In this document: one piece after another, positions 1 through 52,957 of the stretch
Position numbering within the stretch: the first letter of the stretch is position 1
Layout of the letters: every line of letters begins with the position of its first letter
Assembly (NCBI RefSeq): GCF_009914755.1
Contig: NC_060925.1
Origin: the human T2T-CHM13v2.0 reference genome, Homo sapiens
Strand: one strand, 5' to 3'
DNA length: 64,000 nucleotides
The notes under the pieces: generated by a model
The model's input: the letters and a program-made list of their open reading frames with translations, nothing else
What the model was told of the DNA's origin: nothing
Databases searched by the model: none
Program-made: the position numbers and the translations under genes

Positions 1-972
1 GACTTGGATTCATTAACCAATACTGCCACACTGGTTTACTGTAAAGGGGGCAGAAAGGAGGGGATAATCGGCTACTAGTGTATATTTTCAGCTATAGAAA
101 TTTAAAAATAGATAGTAGGTCAAGAAGAACACACCGAGACATTTGAGATGTTCATATCAAACTAATTTTCATAATTCTTGCACAAAAAACAGGCTTATTA
201 CTTTAAGTTTTCTCTCCATTCACCCAATGTGTCCAGTTTATCCTTTTCAAAGCTTGTTCACGTTCATTTACTCCTAGATATTACATCAGCCTTGTGAACT
301 ACCCAGCTGTAAAGACAAGCTGCCCACTCAGGCGGTTACTACTGTGTAACCTTGGACAAATTACGTAACCTTTCTGCACTCTCAGTTTTATTATCCCTGT
401 ATTACAGATAAGGATTCTGAGACTTGGAGCAGCTTAACAACTTGTCTAAATCACTAAGCAATTTAGTGTTAGAGCTGGGAACTTCTATGGGGCTTTCGAC
501 TCCCCCACCAAGGTAAAAATTATTTTCCATTGAACACCAGCATTATTTGAGTTCAAGGAATGTTGCTTAACAAGGTGTTGTTTGAAAATAGAAGTCACAT
601 TTCTCATTAAGTAGGCTAAACATTTTTTTCTGCCATTCAATTCTATTCAATAAGCATTCATTTGGAAGGCAGGCAGCGGAAAGGGAAAAATGGAGAAGGC
701 TTTGGAGTCAGAAGCTTTGGATTTGAATCCAGGTTCTCTACTTACTCTGTGTTCAATTTTCTTTTTGGTAAAATGGAGATCCTGTTATGTAATCTGTATG
801 TTTGCTGAGATGAGTGGCAACAATAGATGGACATAGTGTGCATTCAACCAAATATAGCTTTTTAAAAATATGTTATTTGTTGATAGCCTGCTATTCACCA
901 GGAACTTTACTAGGCACATGAAACACAGAGACAGAAAACAGTCCTTATGGAGGGGGCTCCAAGAATTAGTAA

Positions 973-1277
<305 letters not shown>

Positions 1278-1300
1278 TAGTAATACAGTAAGCATACTAA

Positions 1301-2042
<742 letters not shown>

Positions 2043-3136
2043 TGACTTCTGAAATCACATCAATATTTATTTGTATTTTTTCCTAGTCCTTTTATAGGCT
2101 TAATTTTTCACATTTAAATCTGTAATCTATCCAGAATTTATTTGGCTACATGGTCATAAGGTGCTGAATAGTTATGTGGATGACACTGGTTGATGTTACT
2201 GTTTCAGTTGGCTTTTACCCATTTTTGTCCCAATAACTTGACCTTCTAAGCTGCCTGCTGTGAAAATTGATTGCCATTTTTGAAAAGGCCAATGGGGAAG
2301 AAATATATATCTGTGAGTTTTATCCCATTTAGTTGCTTCAGTTTTAATGTAGGATAATAAATGTTGGCTCTTGTCTCAATCACATAAATGTGGAAACTTT
2401 GACAAGAGTATTTTGCGTAAAGGCTAAAGGTCAGAACCTCCCTCATCCTGGAGAAAAGTGGGAGGAGGGTGGAGTCATGTCGTTGCCTGTTAACTCCCCA
2501 CCTCCAAACTTATCTGCCCATCACCTAGGTTAAAACCCTATCTGCCTCTGCCATCTCTTCTCCTTACACTTACCTTTTCCAGGTGGACCATGGGGCCATT
2601 TATGCAAGGGAGATAAAAGTCTAGTAGAAGGATCATCACTGATCCACTCACCCCTTCCTCCAACTGTTACTATGGTTCCTTAAAAGCTGTTCAAGAAACT
2701 TGGCTGTCAAGGGATAAGATACAGGAAGCAGTCTTTATGTTATTCTGGCTTGAGGTTGAAATGCATTTTCCCCAGAGATCAAACCAGGACTTTGTGGCTC
2801 ATTGTTCAGAAATGACTTTGGACAATGTTGATATCCCCTCATAGTGCCTCACTGGTCGTGCAGGGTCACTGTGCTGGAGTGGATCACCTTAAGGCTGTGG
2901 CTTAGCCCTCTGAGCACACTGTCAAGAGCTGAACCTTACGGGGTCTATGCCAGTCTGCCTTTTGTGCCCCTCAGGGCTGGAGATGGGTGTCCTGCTTCAT
3001 AGTAAGCCTGCAGGGTGGCGAGAGTTCTCCCTCAACACCAACGTCCAGCCTGGCTCCCCTGACCTGGCTTGGAGAAATGAGGAAATTCCTGTTGGGTTTT
3101 TTCTGTCCTTGCACCCCATATGTTCCGTACATTAAA

Positions 3137-3276
3137 CCTACTTATGCCTAGTGTTCCATTATTGGAACACTAAGTATGTGGGAGTTATTTATATCCTACT
3201 GTTCAAGGTCATTGCCAAGGTCTGATTTTTCACTCATGCAAAAATTCAAAAAGTTGCAACCTCCGGCATACATGGG
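3137..3276. mobile_element. MER85, non-autonomous piggyBac (PGBD3-derived) element
   Basis: 140 bp; termini cctacttatgcc ... ggcatacatggg resemble CCCATTTATGCC TIRs; internal GTTCCATTATTGGAAC palindrome; TTAA-like flanks. Confidence 0.88.
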
Positions 3277-4262
3277 TTTTAATTAAGGAAATGTTAGGAG
3301 CTTACCACCTGTAATCCTCATGGGGTGCAGTCGCTGGGGCTGGGAGAGTCGGAAGGAGCATCACTGGGACTGGTCTCAACACAAACTGCTGACCATCTCT
3401 GCAGGGTCTGGATGGAAAAAGGCAGATCAGTACCACATGCACTCAGGCATTTTTACAACTTCATTTTTTCTTCTTGTGAGATGGGGGCCATGCCACTCTC
3501 CTTGCTCTGTTCCCCCAGTCTCAGGCTACCTTGGTCCAGAAACATTCCTCCAACATGACTGTATTTACTACCACCTTCCAAATGAAGGCAGTCGTAGGAG
3601 TGGGCACAAAGCAATCCTGTCTCAGCGTCCCTCCCATCAGTTCACTCTCCCTTCCCCTCCCCTTCAGTCTTCTCACGCCCACCCCCACACACCGCCCTAG
3701 CCTAAGGGAAGCAGAGGCAAAGCACCTCCTGGCATTTACTTGCAAGACCCTCCTTTCCCAGGCAGCCTCATTAGGCTCTAAACCTTTGTGATCCCACTCC
3801 CAAATCTTGATTGTGGTCACAGGTGGGAGGCTGAGGGTAGGATGGAGTCCTTATAAAGTCCCTATGCAGTTTGTAAGCATCAGAATACAGAATACAGATT
3901 TTATTAGTGGTTACACCAAGTCTTGACACCTTAATAGACACAAAACTGCTGCTGGCCAAGGTCAGAGCATCTCAGAGTGTGTGGGTATAGGGGTAATGGG
4001 GAAGGGATGATGCAGAAACGGAAAGTCTTGGATATGCTTCTTTTCTTAAAATTGTGAGAAGAGGCAATATGCATGTGATGGAAATATGCATTCAACCCAT
4101 TCATCCTAACAAATGTATATTTCTCAATAATAGAAGCTATGAAAGGAGACCCTCCCCTCCAAATGCATAGTTCAAAAGCATTAGCCCTTAAGAAAATGAC
4201 AGGGTAATTAGCAGAAAAGTCTTGTGAGAAACAAAAATATACAGTTGAGAAACAAAAATATA

Positions 4263-4575
4263 CAGTTGATCCTCCAGATCCATGGGTTCCTTATCTGTGG
4301 ATTCACCCAACAGAAGAAATGTATGGTTGCATCTCTACCAAACATGTACAGACTTTTTTTCCTTGTCATTATTCCCTGAATACAGTATAACAACTATTTA
4401 CTTAGCATTTACATTATATTAGGTATTATAAGTCATCTAGAGATGGTTTAAAGTATATGAGAAAATATGTGTAGGTTAGGTGCAAATATTTTACATTAGG
4501 GACTTAAATATTCATGGATTTTGGTTTCCACAGGGGTCCTGGAATCAATCCTCCATGGATATCAGGGGATAACAG
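4263..4575 (-). mobile_element. MER2 (TcMar-Tigger family)
   Basis: cagttgatcctccagatccatggg ... ccatggatatcaggggataacag inverted termini flanked by TA. Confidence 0.8.
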
Positions 4576-4702
4576 TATATACAGATAGATAAAACATATA
4601 TGTATATACACACACACACACGTATATAGACACACACATATACAATACATACACATATGTTATATAATACATATTTTATATCTATATATACATGCACACA
4701 CG
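4576..4702. repeat. (TA/CA)n low-complexity microsatellite
   Basis: Alternating purine-pyrimidine runs next to the MER2 end. Confidence 0.7.
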
Positions 4703-5088
4703 CCAATCTAGTGTATTTCTGAGAGATAATTTTAAGGCAAATTTCTCGTTATGTTTGTGATTGTGTTTAATTACAGGGTAATGGCATTTCTCTCTCTCTC
4801 TTTAATCTGGATGGCTGCAGCAGCTTTGTGACTGATTTCCCTGCTTGCCTCCCTCCACCTCAACCCATCCTCCACAGTTCTGCCCTCTCTGGTCATGCAG
4901 TTCTCAGGTCTAAAGCCCTCCCTCTCATGGCATACATACTCCTGTGGCCTTGCCTTGTCCCTTCTCTAGTCCTGTCTTCTGTCATTTTCCCTGTATACAG
5001 CCTATACGCTGACCACGCCAAAGCATCGTTTTCCTAACTGACCAGGTTCTCTCTCTGATGTCCAGGCCTTTGCCATTGTTACCCTCAT

Positions 5089-5157
5089 CCATCCCACGCC
5101 ATGGCCATCCCATGCCATGGCCATCCCACGCCATGGCCATCCCACGCCATGGCCATC
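5089..5157. repeat. 16 bp minisatellite (CCATCCCACGCCATGG) x4.3
   Basis: Four near-identical units with one C>T difference, plus a partial unit. Confidence 0.95.
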
Positions 5158-6579
5158 TGGTCAAATACAACATATTCTTCAAATCTAAGCTCCAGCATTG
5201 TCTAGTCTCCTCAACAGGCAGGCAGAAGCTATCTCCATTCTGCTCTCATGTAGTACCTTGGGCTGACCTTGTATTATCTTTGTTTTTTTCTGTGATTCTC
5301 TCTCCCACTGGACACCAAACTTGGTGAGGGCAGGAATCTTCTCACTCATTCCTTGCATCCTTAGTACTTATCACAGTAGTGGAAATCAACAAAAATATGC
5401 TGAGTTAATGGTCTTTGATAGCATCATCATTCTCCTTCTACATATCATGTAGTTATCTAGTGTTTCCCAAAACTAATGATGCTTATCACTTCCCTTGTTT
5501 AACTTGTCACCTAGGAAACTTCCATGCTTATTAGCTAAGTCTATCTTTCAAACCATGCCTCCCTGCCCCCCAACCAGCCAGACGAAATTAATTATTGATA
5601 GCAGCACTCTGATTTTCCCCCAAAGGCAAACCAAGAGCTAAGACTCAACCCACTGTCCTGCTATCATAAATAACACATGTAGGAGGGCACAAACACAGTG
5701 CTATGTCCGAAAGGCGTGATTAATACCTGCTCCCTCTGTAGACCTAGCATAGCGGGCTCACAAGTGAGGATGTAAATTCACTTTTTCAGAGCAAATGTTC
5801 CTCTTGGGGGACATCCACTCAACCTCGAGGACAGAGTAATGACCACAGCCCATAGGCCGTGGGAGATGAGTAATTTACTGCTGCTAGGCAATTAGTGGTG
5901 CTAGAAAAAAAATTACTTTCATTTAAAATTCTCTTTAAGCCATATGTATCATGGCTCATGGGATAATTTATGTATCATTAGAAACTAAGAAACATACATC
6001 ACCCTAATAAATTGTCTCCCCCATTCACCATAGCCAGTAGCTCCAGATGTCTTTAAGAAGTCAAAGTTTTGCTGTCCTTGTTGTGTAAGGTGGTGTGGAA
6101 ATGCTTGTCTGTAACTCGTTTAGCTTCATATTCACTCCCTGGTTCTCTGGCAGAGACAGATGGCAAGAGAAGCGTTTGCCATCTTTTTCATGCACTGGTT
6201 TGCAGTAGCACTTGCTGTAAATGAGCCCATAGTAAAACAATCATGAGTTGTATTGTTTTTCCTAACAAGGCTGGAGGTCATATGGCAACTGGGCAAACAT
6301 GCTTGAGTTCAGAATGTGAATCACTCTAAACCAAGTCTCAGTTAAGGGTAAAACATTAAATGGAAAGACAGAAAATGAGGCTTTTCACTGATGGAGGGTG
6401 GGGCATGGGACAAAGGAAAGCAGCTCGGCACCCAGCCTGCAGGCACAATGTGGGAACCTTGATCAATATCACCAAACACAGAAGTCTGATCTCCATCTTT
6501 GTAAGGCAAAAAGTGGCGCCACAGCCACTTATTTGTGAGGACAGAGGAAAATGGTGTACCCAAATGCCTGTTAAAAAGC

Positions 6580-7095
6580 AAATCCATGAAAAGACGTGGC
6601 AGAAACTTAAATGTATATCACTAAGTGAAAGAAGCCACTCTGGAGAGGCGACATACTATAGGATTTCAACCTTATGACATTCTGGAAAAGGAAAAACTAT
6701 GGGGACAGTAAAAAGACCAGTGGTTGCCAGGAGTTCAGGTATGGGGTGGTGGTGAGGGAGGAATGGCTAGGCAGAGGAGAGGATTTTTAGGGCAGTGAAG
6801 CTACTCTGTATGACACGATAATGGTGGATACATGTTATACATTTGTCCAAATCCAGAGTGTGCAACACCAAGAATGACCACAATGTAAACTATGGACTTT
6901 GGGTGGTAATGATGTGCCAGTGCAGCATTCATTGGTTGGATTGTAGCTAATATACCACTCTGGTGTGGGATGTTGATAATGGCAGAGGCTGTGCACATGT
7001 GTGGGCAGGAGGGATATGAGAACTCTCTGTACCTGCCTCTCAATTTTGCTGTAAATCAAAAATTGCTCTAAAAAAAGTCTGTTTTTTAAAAAAGC
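6580..7095 (+). mobile_element. Old L1 3' end fragment (L1MC-like)
   Basis: ctaagtgaaagaagcc ... gacattctggaaaagg ... aactctctgtacct, typical of an L1M 3' UTR. Confidence 0.8.
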
Positions 7096-7217
7096 AATGC
7101 CAACTCAGATTCATGCTTTTCTTTTATTAAATTTATTAAATTTAAAAGTACATTCCTGGGTTCCTAGGCTTTTCTTTAAAAACCATGCTTTAATCACTGA
7201 GTTATATAATCCTATCA

Positions 7218-7377
7218 TCAAGATTCACTGCATAACTTGTAGGGCCCACTGAAAAATGAAAATGTGGGGTCCCTTGTTCAAGAAATATTAAGAATTTCAA
7301 GACTGATGGAGGACCATTAAGCCAAGCACAAGGTTCTTTGAGAATGCACGGATTACGCAGCCACAAAGCTGGCCCTG
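7218..7377 (-). mobile_element. MER45A-like hAT fossil
   Basis: gggcccactgaaaaatgaaaatgtggggtcccttgttcaa ... aagctggccctg. Confidence 0.65.
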
Positions 7378-7649
7378 CATGTCAGCAGTATTCAGAGCCT
7401 GGAACATCTCAACTGTAGGAAGGAAAAGCAGAGGTGCTCAGTCAGCACCTGCATCAAGACACAGGACCAGCAGTTTCTTGTTCCTGTGCCTATTGTCCTT
7501 CCTCAAGTGCCTGATACCAGAATGCTGTGTTTAGGGTTTAGCCTGTAAGGTCCTCATTACTCTTCATGCAAGAGCTACTTCATGCATGCTTTACAAACTG
7601 TGTGAAATTCTAGATATTTGGTAGAGAAAGACTCAACCTCATTGCAATA

Positions 7650-8737
7650 TAGTAGGCTACCCTTATGCACTTTCTGTGGTTTCAGTTACTAGAGATCAAC
7701 CGTGGTCTGAAAATATTGAATGGAAAATTCCAGAAATAAATACTTGATAAGCTTTAAATTGCTTGCCATTCGGAGTGGTGTGATGAAATCTCCTGCTGTC
7801 CCATCCCATCCATCCTGGCACGTGCATCCTCCCTTTGCCCAATGTGTCCATGCTGAGATGCTCCTCATCCATTAGTCATCAACATCGTCTGCTCCTGACA
7901 TCTAACCATTGACATCACCATGGCTCAATGATCTGGGACCCCCTTCTGATGTATCATTGGAAGGTCAGTAGTGGCCTATCGTTACGTCACAATGCCTGTG
8001 TCACTCACCTCACTTCATCACATACACATTTTATCATTTCACATCATAAGAAGGGTGAATACAGTATAGTAAGATATTTTGTGAGACCACATCCTTATAA
8101 CTTTTATTACAGTATAGTGTTATAATTGTTCTATTTTATTAATATAGTATATTGTTATTATAATTGTTCTATTTTATTATCATTGTTAATACAGTATGTT
8201 ATTGTAATTGTTCTATTTTTTGTTATTGTTGTTAATCTCTTACTGTGCCTAATTTATAAATTACACTTTATCATAGGTATGTATGTATAGGAAAAAACAT
8301 AATATATAAAGGTTGAGTATCCCTTATCCAAAATGCTTGGGAACAGAAGTGTTTCAGCTTTTGGATTTTTTCAGCTTTTGGAATATTAACATATACATAA
8401 TGAGATATCTTGGGGGTGGGATCCCAGTCTAAACATGAAATTCATTTATGTTTCATATATACCTTATATACATAGCTTAAAGGTAATTTCATACAATATT
8501 TTAAATAATTTTGTGTATGAAACAAAGTTTTGACTGTGACCCATCACATGAGGTCAGCTGTGAAGCTTTCCACTTGTGGAGTCATGTCAGCAAAAGTTTC
8601 AGATTTTGGAGCATTTCAGCTTTTGGATTTTCGAATTAGGGTTGCTCAACCTGTATGGGATTCAGTACTGTTTAGGGTTTCAGGCCTGTACTGGGGGTCC
8701 CGAAACATATTCTCTGTGAACAAGGAGGGACTACATG
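7650..8737 (+). mobile_element. MER44/Tigger7-family element interrupted by Tigger4/MER46
   Basis: tttcagttac ... gaaaattccagaaataaa start and ctgggggtcc ... ggagggactac end. Confidence 0.75.
8309..8653. mobile_element. Tigger4/MER46-family element nested in MER44
   Basis: aggttgagtatcccttatccaaaa ... ttagggttgctcaacctg TIRs with TA flanks. Confidence 0.8.
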
Positions 8738-8974
8738 GTTAAAATGTTCAAACTTCAAGTGAAGCAAAGCAAAAATAAAATTTGCCCAAGTTACAAGAAA
8801 ATAAAAATGGAGCTGATTAGCAGTAAAATGAGGTCTATTCGTCTAATGTTACTGCAATATGTGGCTGTCACAAGTGAATTGTTCAGGTATCTGGAATCGT
8901 ACCTGTAAGCATCACAGCTCTTGATATTGTCAAGAAACAACTCTGTGGCCAAGACCATGGTGGCAGTTTATTGA

Positions 8975-9396
<422 letters not shown>

Positions 9397-10979
9397 AGTG
9401 CTGGGCCATTTTTACATGAAGGTCCACAGGGACAAGAGGGCGACTGGCTACCCCTAGATCAAAAGGCTGGGCTATTGTGCTTTTCATAAACCCATGATTC
9501 CAAGCGTGGTCTTCCACTGGATCAGTGTACCCTTTTTACAATTGTTGGAGTGTAGGTCCTCAGCAGGAGTGGGGGACAGTGCCTCGAATCGCACGAAGAG
9601 CTTTTCCTAACTACCCTCTCTCACTCTTTTGCATTCACCACTTTGAGTCAGCAATGGGTTGAGAAGGAAGTGGGCCTGAATTTTATACATTCTGACAAGT
9701 TTGGTTAAGGGGGTAGTCCTAGTAGAGGACTGAGGGTCTCACCCAGGGTGAAGGACTGAGGCTTTGTGACAGCTTGTGCACCTCCTGGACCTTTTCTCTT
9801 CCATCAGGACTGACAGCTGTGCCCCAGCCATTTAGGCTGCTTCTCCTTGCTGCTCCTCTATGGCTAGGTGTGAGCTTCTTAGGGCTGAACTGATCATTGC
9901 CTCCAGGACAGGACTGGATGGGGGACTTTTGCACACTTAAAGTTCTAACTAGAACAAAGTCCACCAGAAGTGTGTGGTGAGTGCATTATAAAATAAAAAT
10001 CTTCCTGGCTGGCCCAGATGAACAGATTTGTACATTTGTAGACCATGTTAGTAAGACATGTTTTTTGAAGAGCTAATAGTCATTGAGCACTTAGGAGTCA
10101 CGCCCTATTCTATGCACTTTACGTTTGACTCATTCAATCCTCATAATCCCCCCATTTTATGGATGAGGAAATCTATGCATGGCATGACCTGTCCAAGGAG
10201 ACTCAGGTAGCAGTAGGAAGAGGACAGCTGAGGCAGACAGGTTGCAGAAGCAAAGTCGTGTCTGCATTATTCCATGGTCCCATGGAAACTATTGCAAACA
10301 TGTTAGAGAATCAAAGGGAAATAACAGCTCAGGAATGAATTCAATACCAGGCTCTGCATAAATTATGTGACTTAAGTGCCAGTCTTGGTTGAGGTTTATC
10401 ATCACTTAGAGGAAGAAAGTAACTTGTTCAGGGCCTTAAAGTTAGGTTAAGCTGGAATTTTAACTCAAGTCTGTCTAGATGGCTCTTATGCCCACACTCT
10501 CTCCTACCAGCTCAAGTGAAAAAGCTTTAAGATGTTGTATATGGTTTTGACTGTGTCACCACAAGCCAAGGAGTTAAATTCAAGGGTTGGAGATCCCAGA
10601 ATGAAACCAGCAGGCAGAAAGAATGTGTCTCCTAACTTTCACAGGGAACCCTCTAAGTGGAGGCCTATGATAAGAGAGAAAATGATTTATCCCAGATGCA
10701 TCTATTAGCAGAATTATGAGACAACATTGTTCAATAAAATCCAAATAACAATACAGTTGATAAAGTGACAATTGTTTAACATTATTAAAAAGGGAGAAAA
10801 CAATGTTTCTATAGATGTGAGCTAACCCTGAAAAACATTTTTCTTTCTAAAACTGTTTTGTCCAGCTGGAGGGAAAATAAATAAAAGAAAACATGAAAGC
10901 CAATAGAAGAATAATATGAGCATGAAAACCCATCATTAATCTTCTATTCAAATGGCAGTCACAGCTGCAGAACAAATGA

Positions 10980-11193
<214 letters not shown>

Positions 11194-11207
11194 AATAGCA
11201 ATTCTTG

Positions 11208-11517
<310 letters not shown>

Positions 11518-12227
11518 ATAGCAGTTCTTTTCAGAGACAAAACTAAGTATATGACAATATACTCAGAAGTTAACAAGTGGTCCAATTACGTATCTGATTC
11601 TTGGGTCAGGCAAATGACCCCAGAACCACCAGTTTAATGGTGTCTTAGTTTAAAAATCAAACATAACTCTTCACATATCTTGTAAAAAAGAAAGTTTAAA
11701 ATAATTTTAGCAAAGTACTCTGTGTGTAGACATGAGTCATCTACTCTCTTATATACTTTAATGGTATTAACTGCATGATTTTCCCTGCCTATAGTTGGTG
11801 CAGGCATATGAAGATGGGGTCAGAGCAAGGAGGGGGAAGGTGACATGAGAAGGAAAATTGGGTAGGGGCTTGTGGGGAGGGCGACTGAGGCCAAGGAGAA
11901 AGAGGAAGAGCCCTGGAAGGAGGGTCCTGCTTAATTCAAATTCTCCTCTTCACCAATAACTTTAAATAGTTGGCCACTGAGATAGCTCAGGTATGAAATA
12001 AGTCTATGCATGAAGTGATCTTCATCTCTCAAGCTATCATCATAAATATTTATTGAATAACTTCTATATCTTAGCCCCTGTATGTCCTTCACTGCTTTTA
12101 AGAAATTGGGAAATCCCTTTTGGAGACCAAGTGGTTAAGAGAGATGTGATCTGAATGTTTCATTAGGTAGTTGTTTAGAGACAATGCATAAAATAGTAAG
12201 AATGCCATATGGAATGATGAAAATAAA

Positions 12228-12233
12228 TTTATT
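12228..12233 (-). terminator. Main polyadenylation signal AATAAA
   Basis: TTTATT on plus strand; downstream minus-strand TTCTTACTATTTTATGCATTGT is U-rich. Confidence 0.75.
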
Positions 12234-12519
12234 TAGAGAAAATATATCATATTTCTTTTCTAGACAAAGGTAAATACCCAACCCAGCAGAGTTCAATTGT
12301 TAAAATGAGTGACCGCTGCTACAGGTCACTTCCACATGTCATGTGTGTACAACTGACCATTAGCACAAGTGACGAGGCAGCCAAATGATTCCATTTCTTA
12401 TTTATCCCACTGGCTATGCCAACAGTTGCTTCATATCATGCTGAAGAAAACCCACAGGAAAACAGGCCAAGAAATGTCCACTGCATGAGCATGAGGTCTT
12501 TTTGTTGCTTTAAGGGTGA

Positions 12520-12814
12520 TTTTTTTTGTTTTTTTTGAGACAGGATCTCACTCTGTCACCCAGGCTGGAGTGTAGTGGCACGATCATGGCTCATGGCAGC
12601 CTCCACCTCCAGAGCTCAGGTGATCCTCCCACTTCAGCTTCCCAAGTAGCTGGGACTACAGATGCCTGCCATCACGCCCGACTAATTTTTGTACTTTTTG
12701 TAGAGGTGGGTTTTTGCCATGTTGCCCAGGCTGGTCTCAAGCTCCTGAGCTCAGTCTGCCTGCCTAGGCCTCCCAAAGTGCTGGGATTACAGGTGTGAAC
12801 CACTGTGCCAGGCC
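12520..12814 (-). mobile_element. AluJ-like element in the MCOLN2 3' UTR (sense to the mRNA)
   Basis: Full dimer; TSD aagggtgat. Confidence 0.92.
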
Positions 12815-13068
12815 AAGGGTGATCTTTAAACAGCTTAATAGTTCGCCAGCTTGGACTCTCTAGATTGGTATTGCAACCAGCTTCATTTCTGTACAGACCA
12901 TGAATTAACAAATGTCTTCAAACCCAAGAATCACCTTTAAAACAAATCCTTATTTGACAATAAACACACATATTTAATTACATGGTTAAAGACTATTATT
13001 TCGCACACTCTGAAATGATCTTTTTCCATTCCGAGATCATGTCATAAATTAACAGACTAATAGAGAAT

Positions 13069-13074
13069 TTTATT
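13069..13074 (-). terminator. Candidate proximal polyadenylation signal AATAAA
   Basis: TTTATT on plus strand, 240 nt after the stop and before the UTR Alu. Confidence 0.4.
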
Positions 13075-13313
13075 ATCGCTGTTATATTGCACTAATGCCC
13101 AGTAGTAGCCCATGGTCTATTCTTTATCATTCAAGTTTATAAAAAGTAAAGCTGGAACTTCAGTCATGGTCAGCTGGCTAACTGTGAGTCCTCTTTCCCA
13201 CTCCACAATTAAATAAGAGAGTCATTTTGGAACTGCTTGTCCAAGTCATTTGGGGTTCCTCTGCTCAGCCGCTGGATAAGGATGCCTGAACTTTAATCAT
13301 CTTTAGCAGAACT

Positions 13314-52342
<39,029 letters not shown>

Positions 52343-52393
52343 CTGCCACAGAAGATTAATTTTAAATATCCAGGAAAGCCTCTCCCTCAGTTC

Positions 52394-52528
52394 CTTTTGA
52401 AGTAACTTGCTTTCCCTAAACTTGAGTTGGTACATATGGCATGTCATATACTGAAAAGCCTCTTTATGAACACAAAATAAAAAAGCAACTCTAGTTATGG
52501 CAGGGAGGTTCTCCCATTTCTAAAACTA
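52394..52528 (+). repeat. Direct repeat copy B (135 bp), intron 1
   Basis: 6 substitutions and 1 indel relative to 50799-50932. Confidence 0.95.
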
Positions 52529-52604
52529 CATGAAAAATTATTCCAGACCTTCTACCTCCTACCTTTCCACACAGCCACCCATCTTGTTCAAAATGGCCAA
52601 TCTC

Positions 52605-52957
<353 letters not shown>

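Larger units (their letters stand above)
12210..13313 (-). other. MCOLN2: MCOLN2 3' UTR (~1.1 kb, end approximate)
   Basis: From the stop codon to ~15-20 nt past AATAAA at 12228-12233, which is followed by U-rich sequence. Confidence 0.75.

Noticed and set aside
5089-5157. CRISPR-like array
   Set aside because: Head-to-tail repeats without spacers in mammalian DNA; a minisatellite
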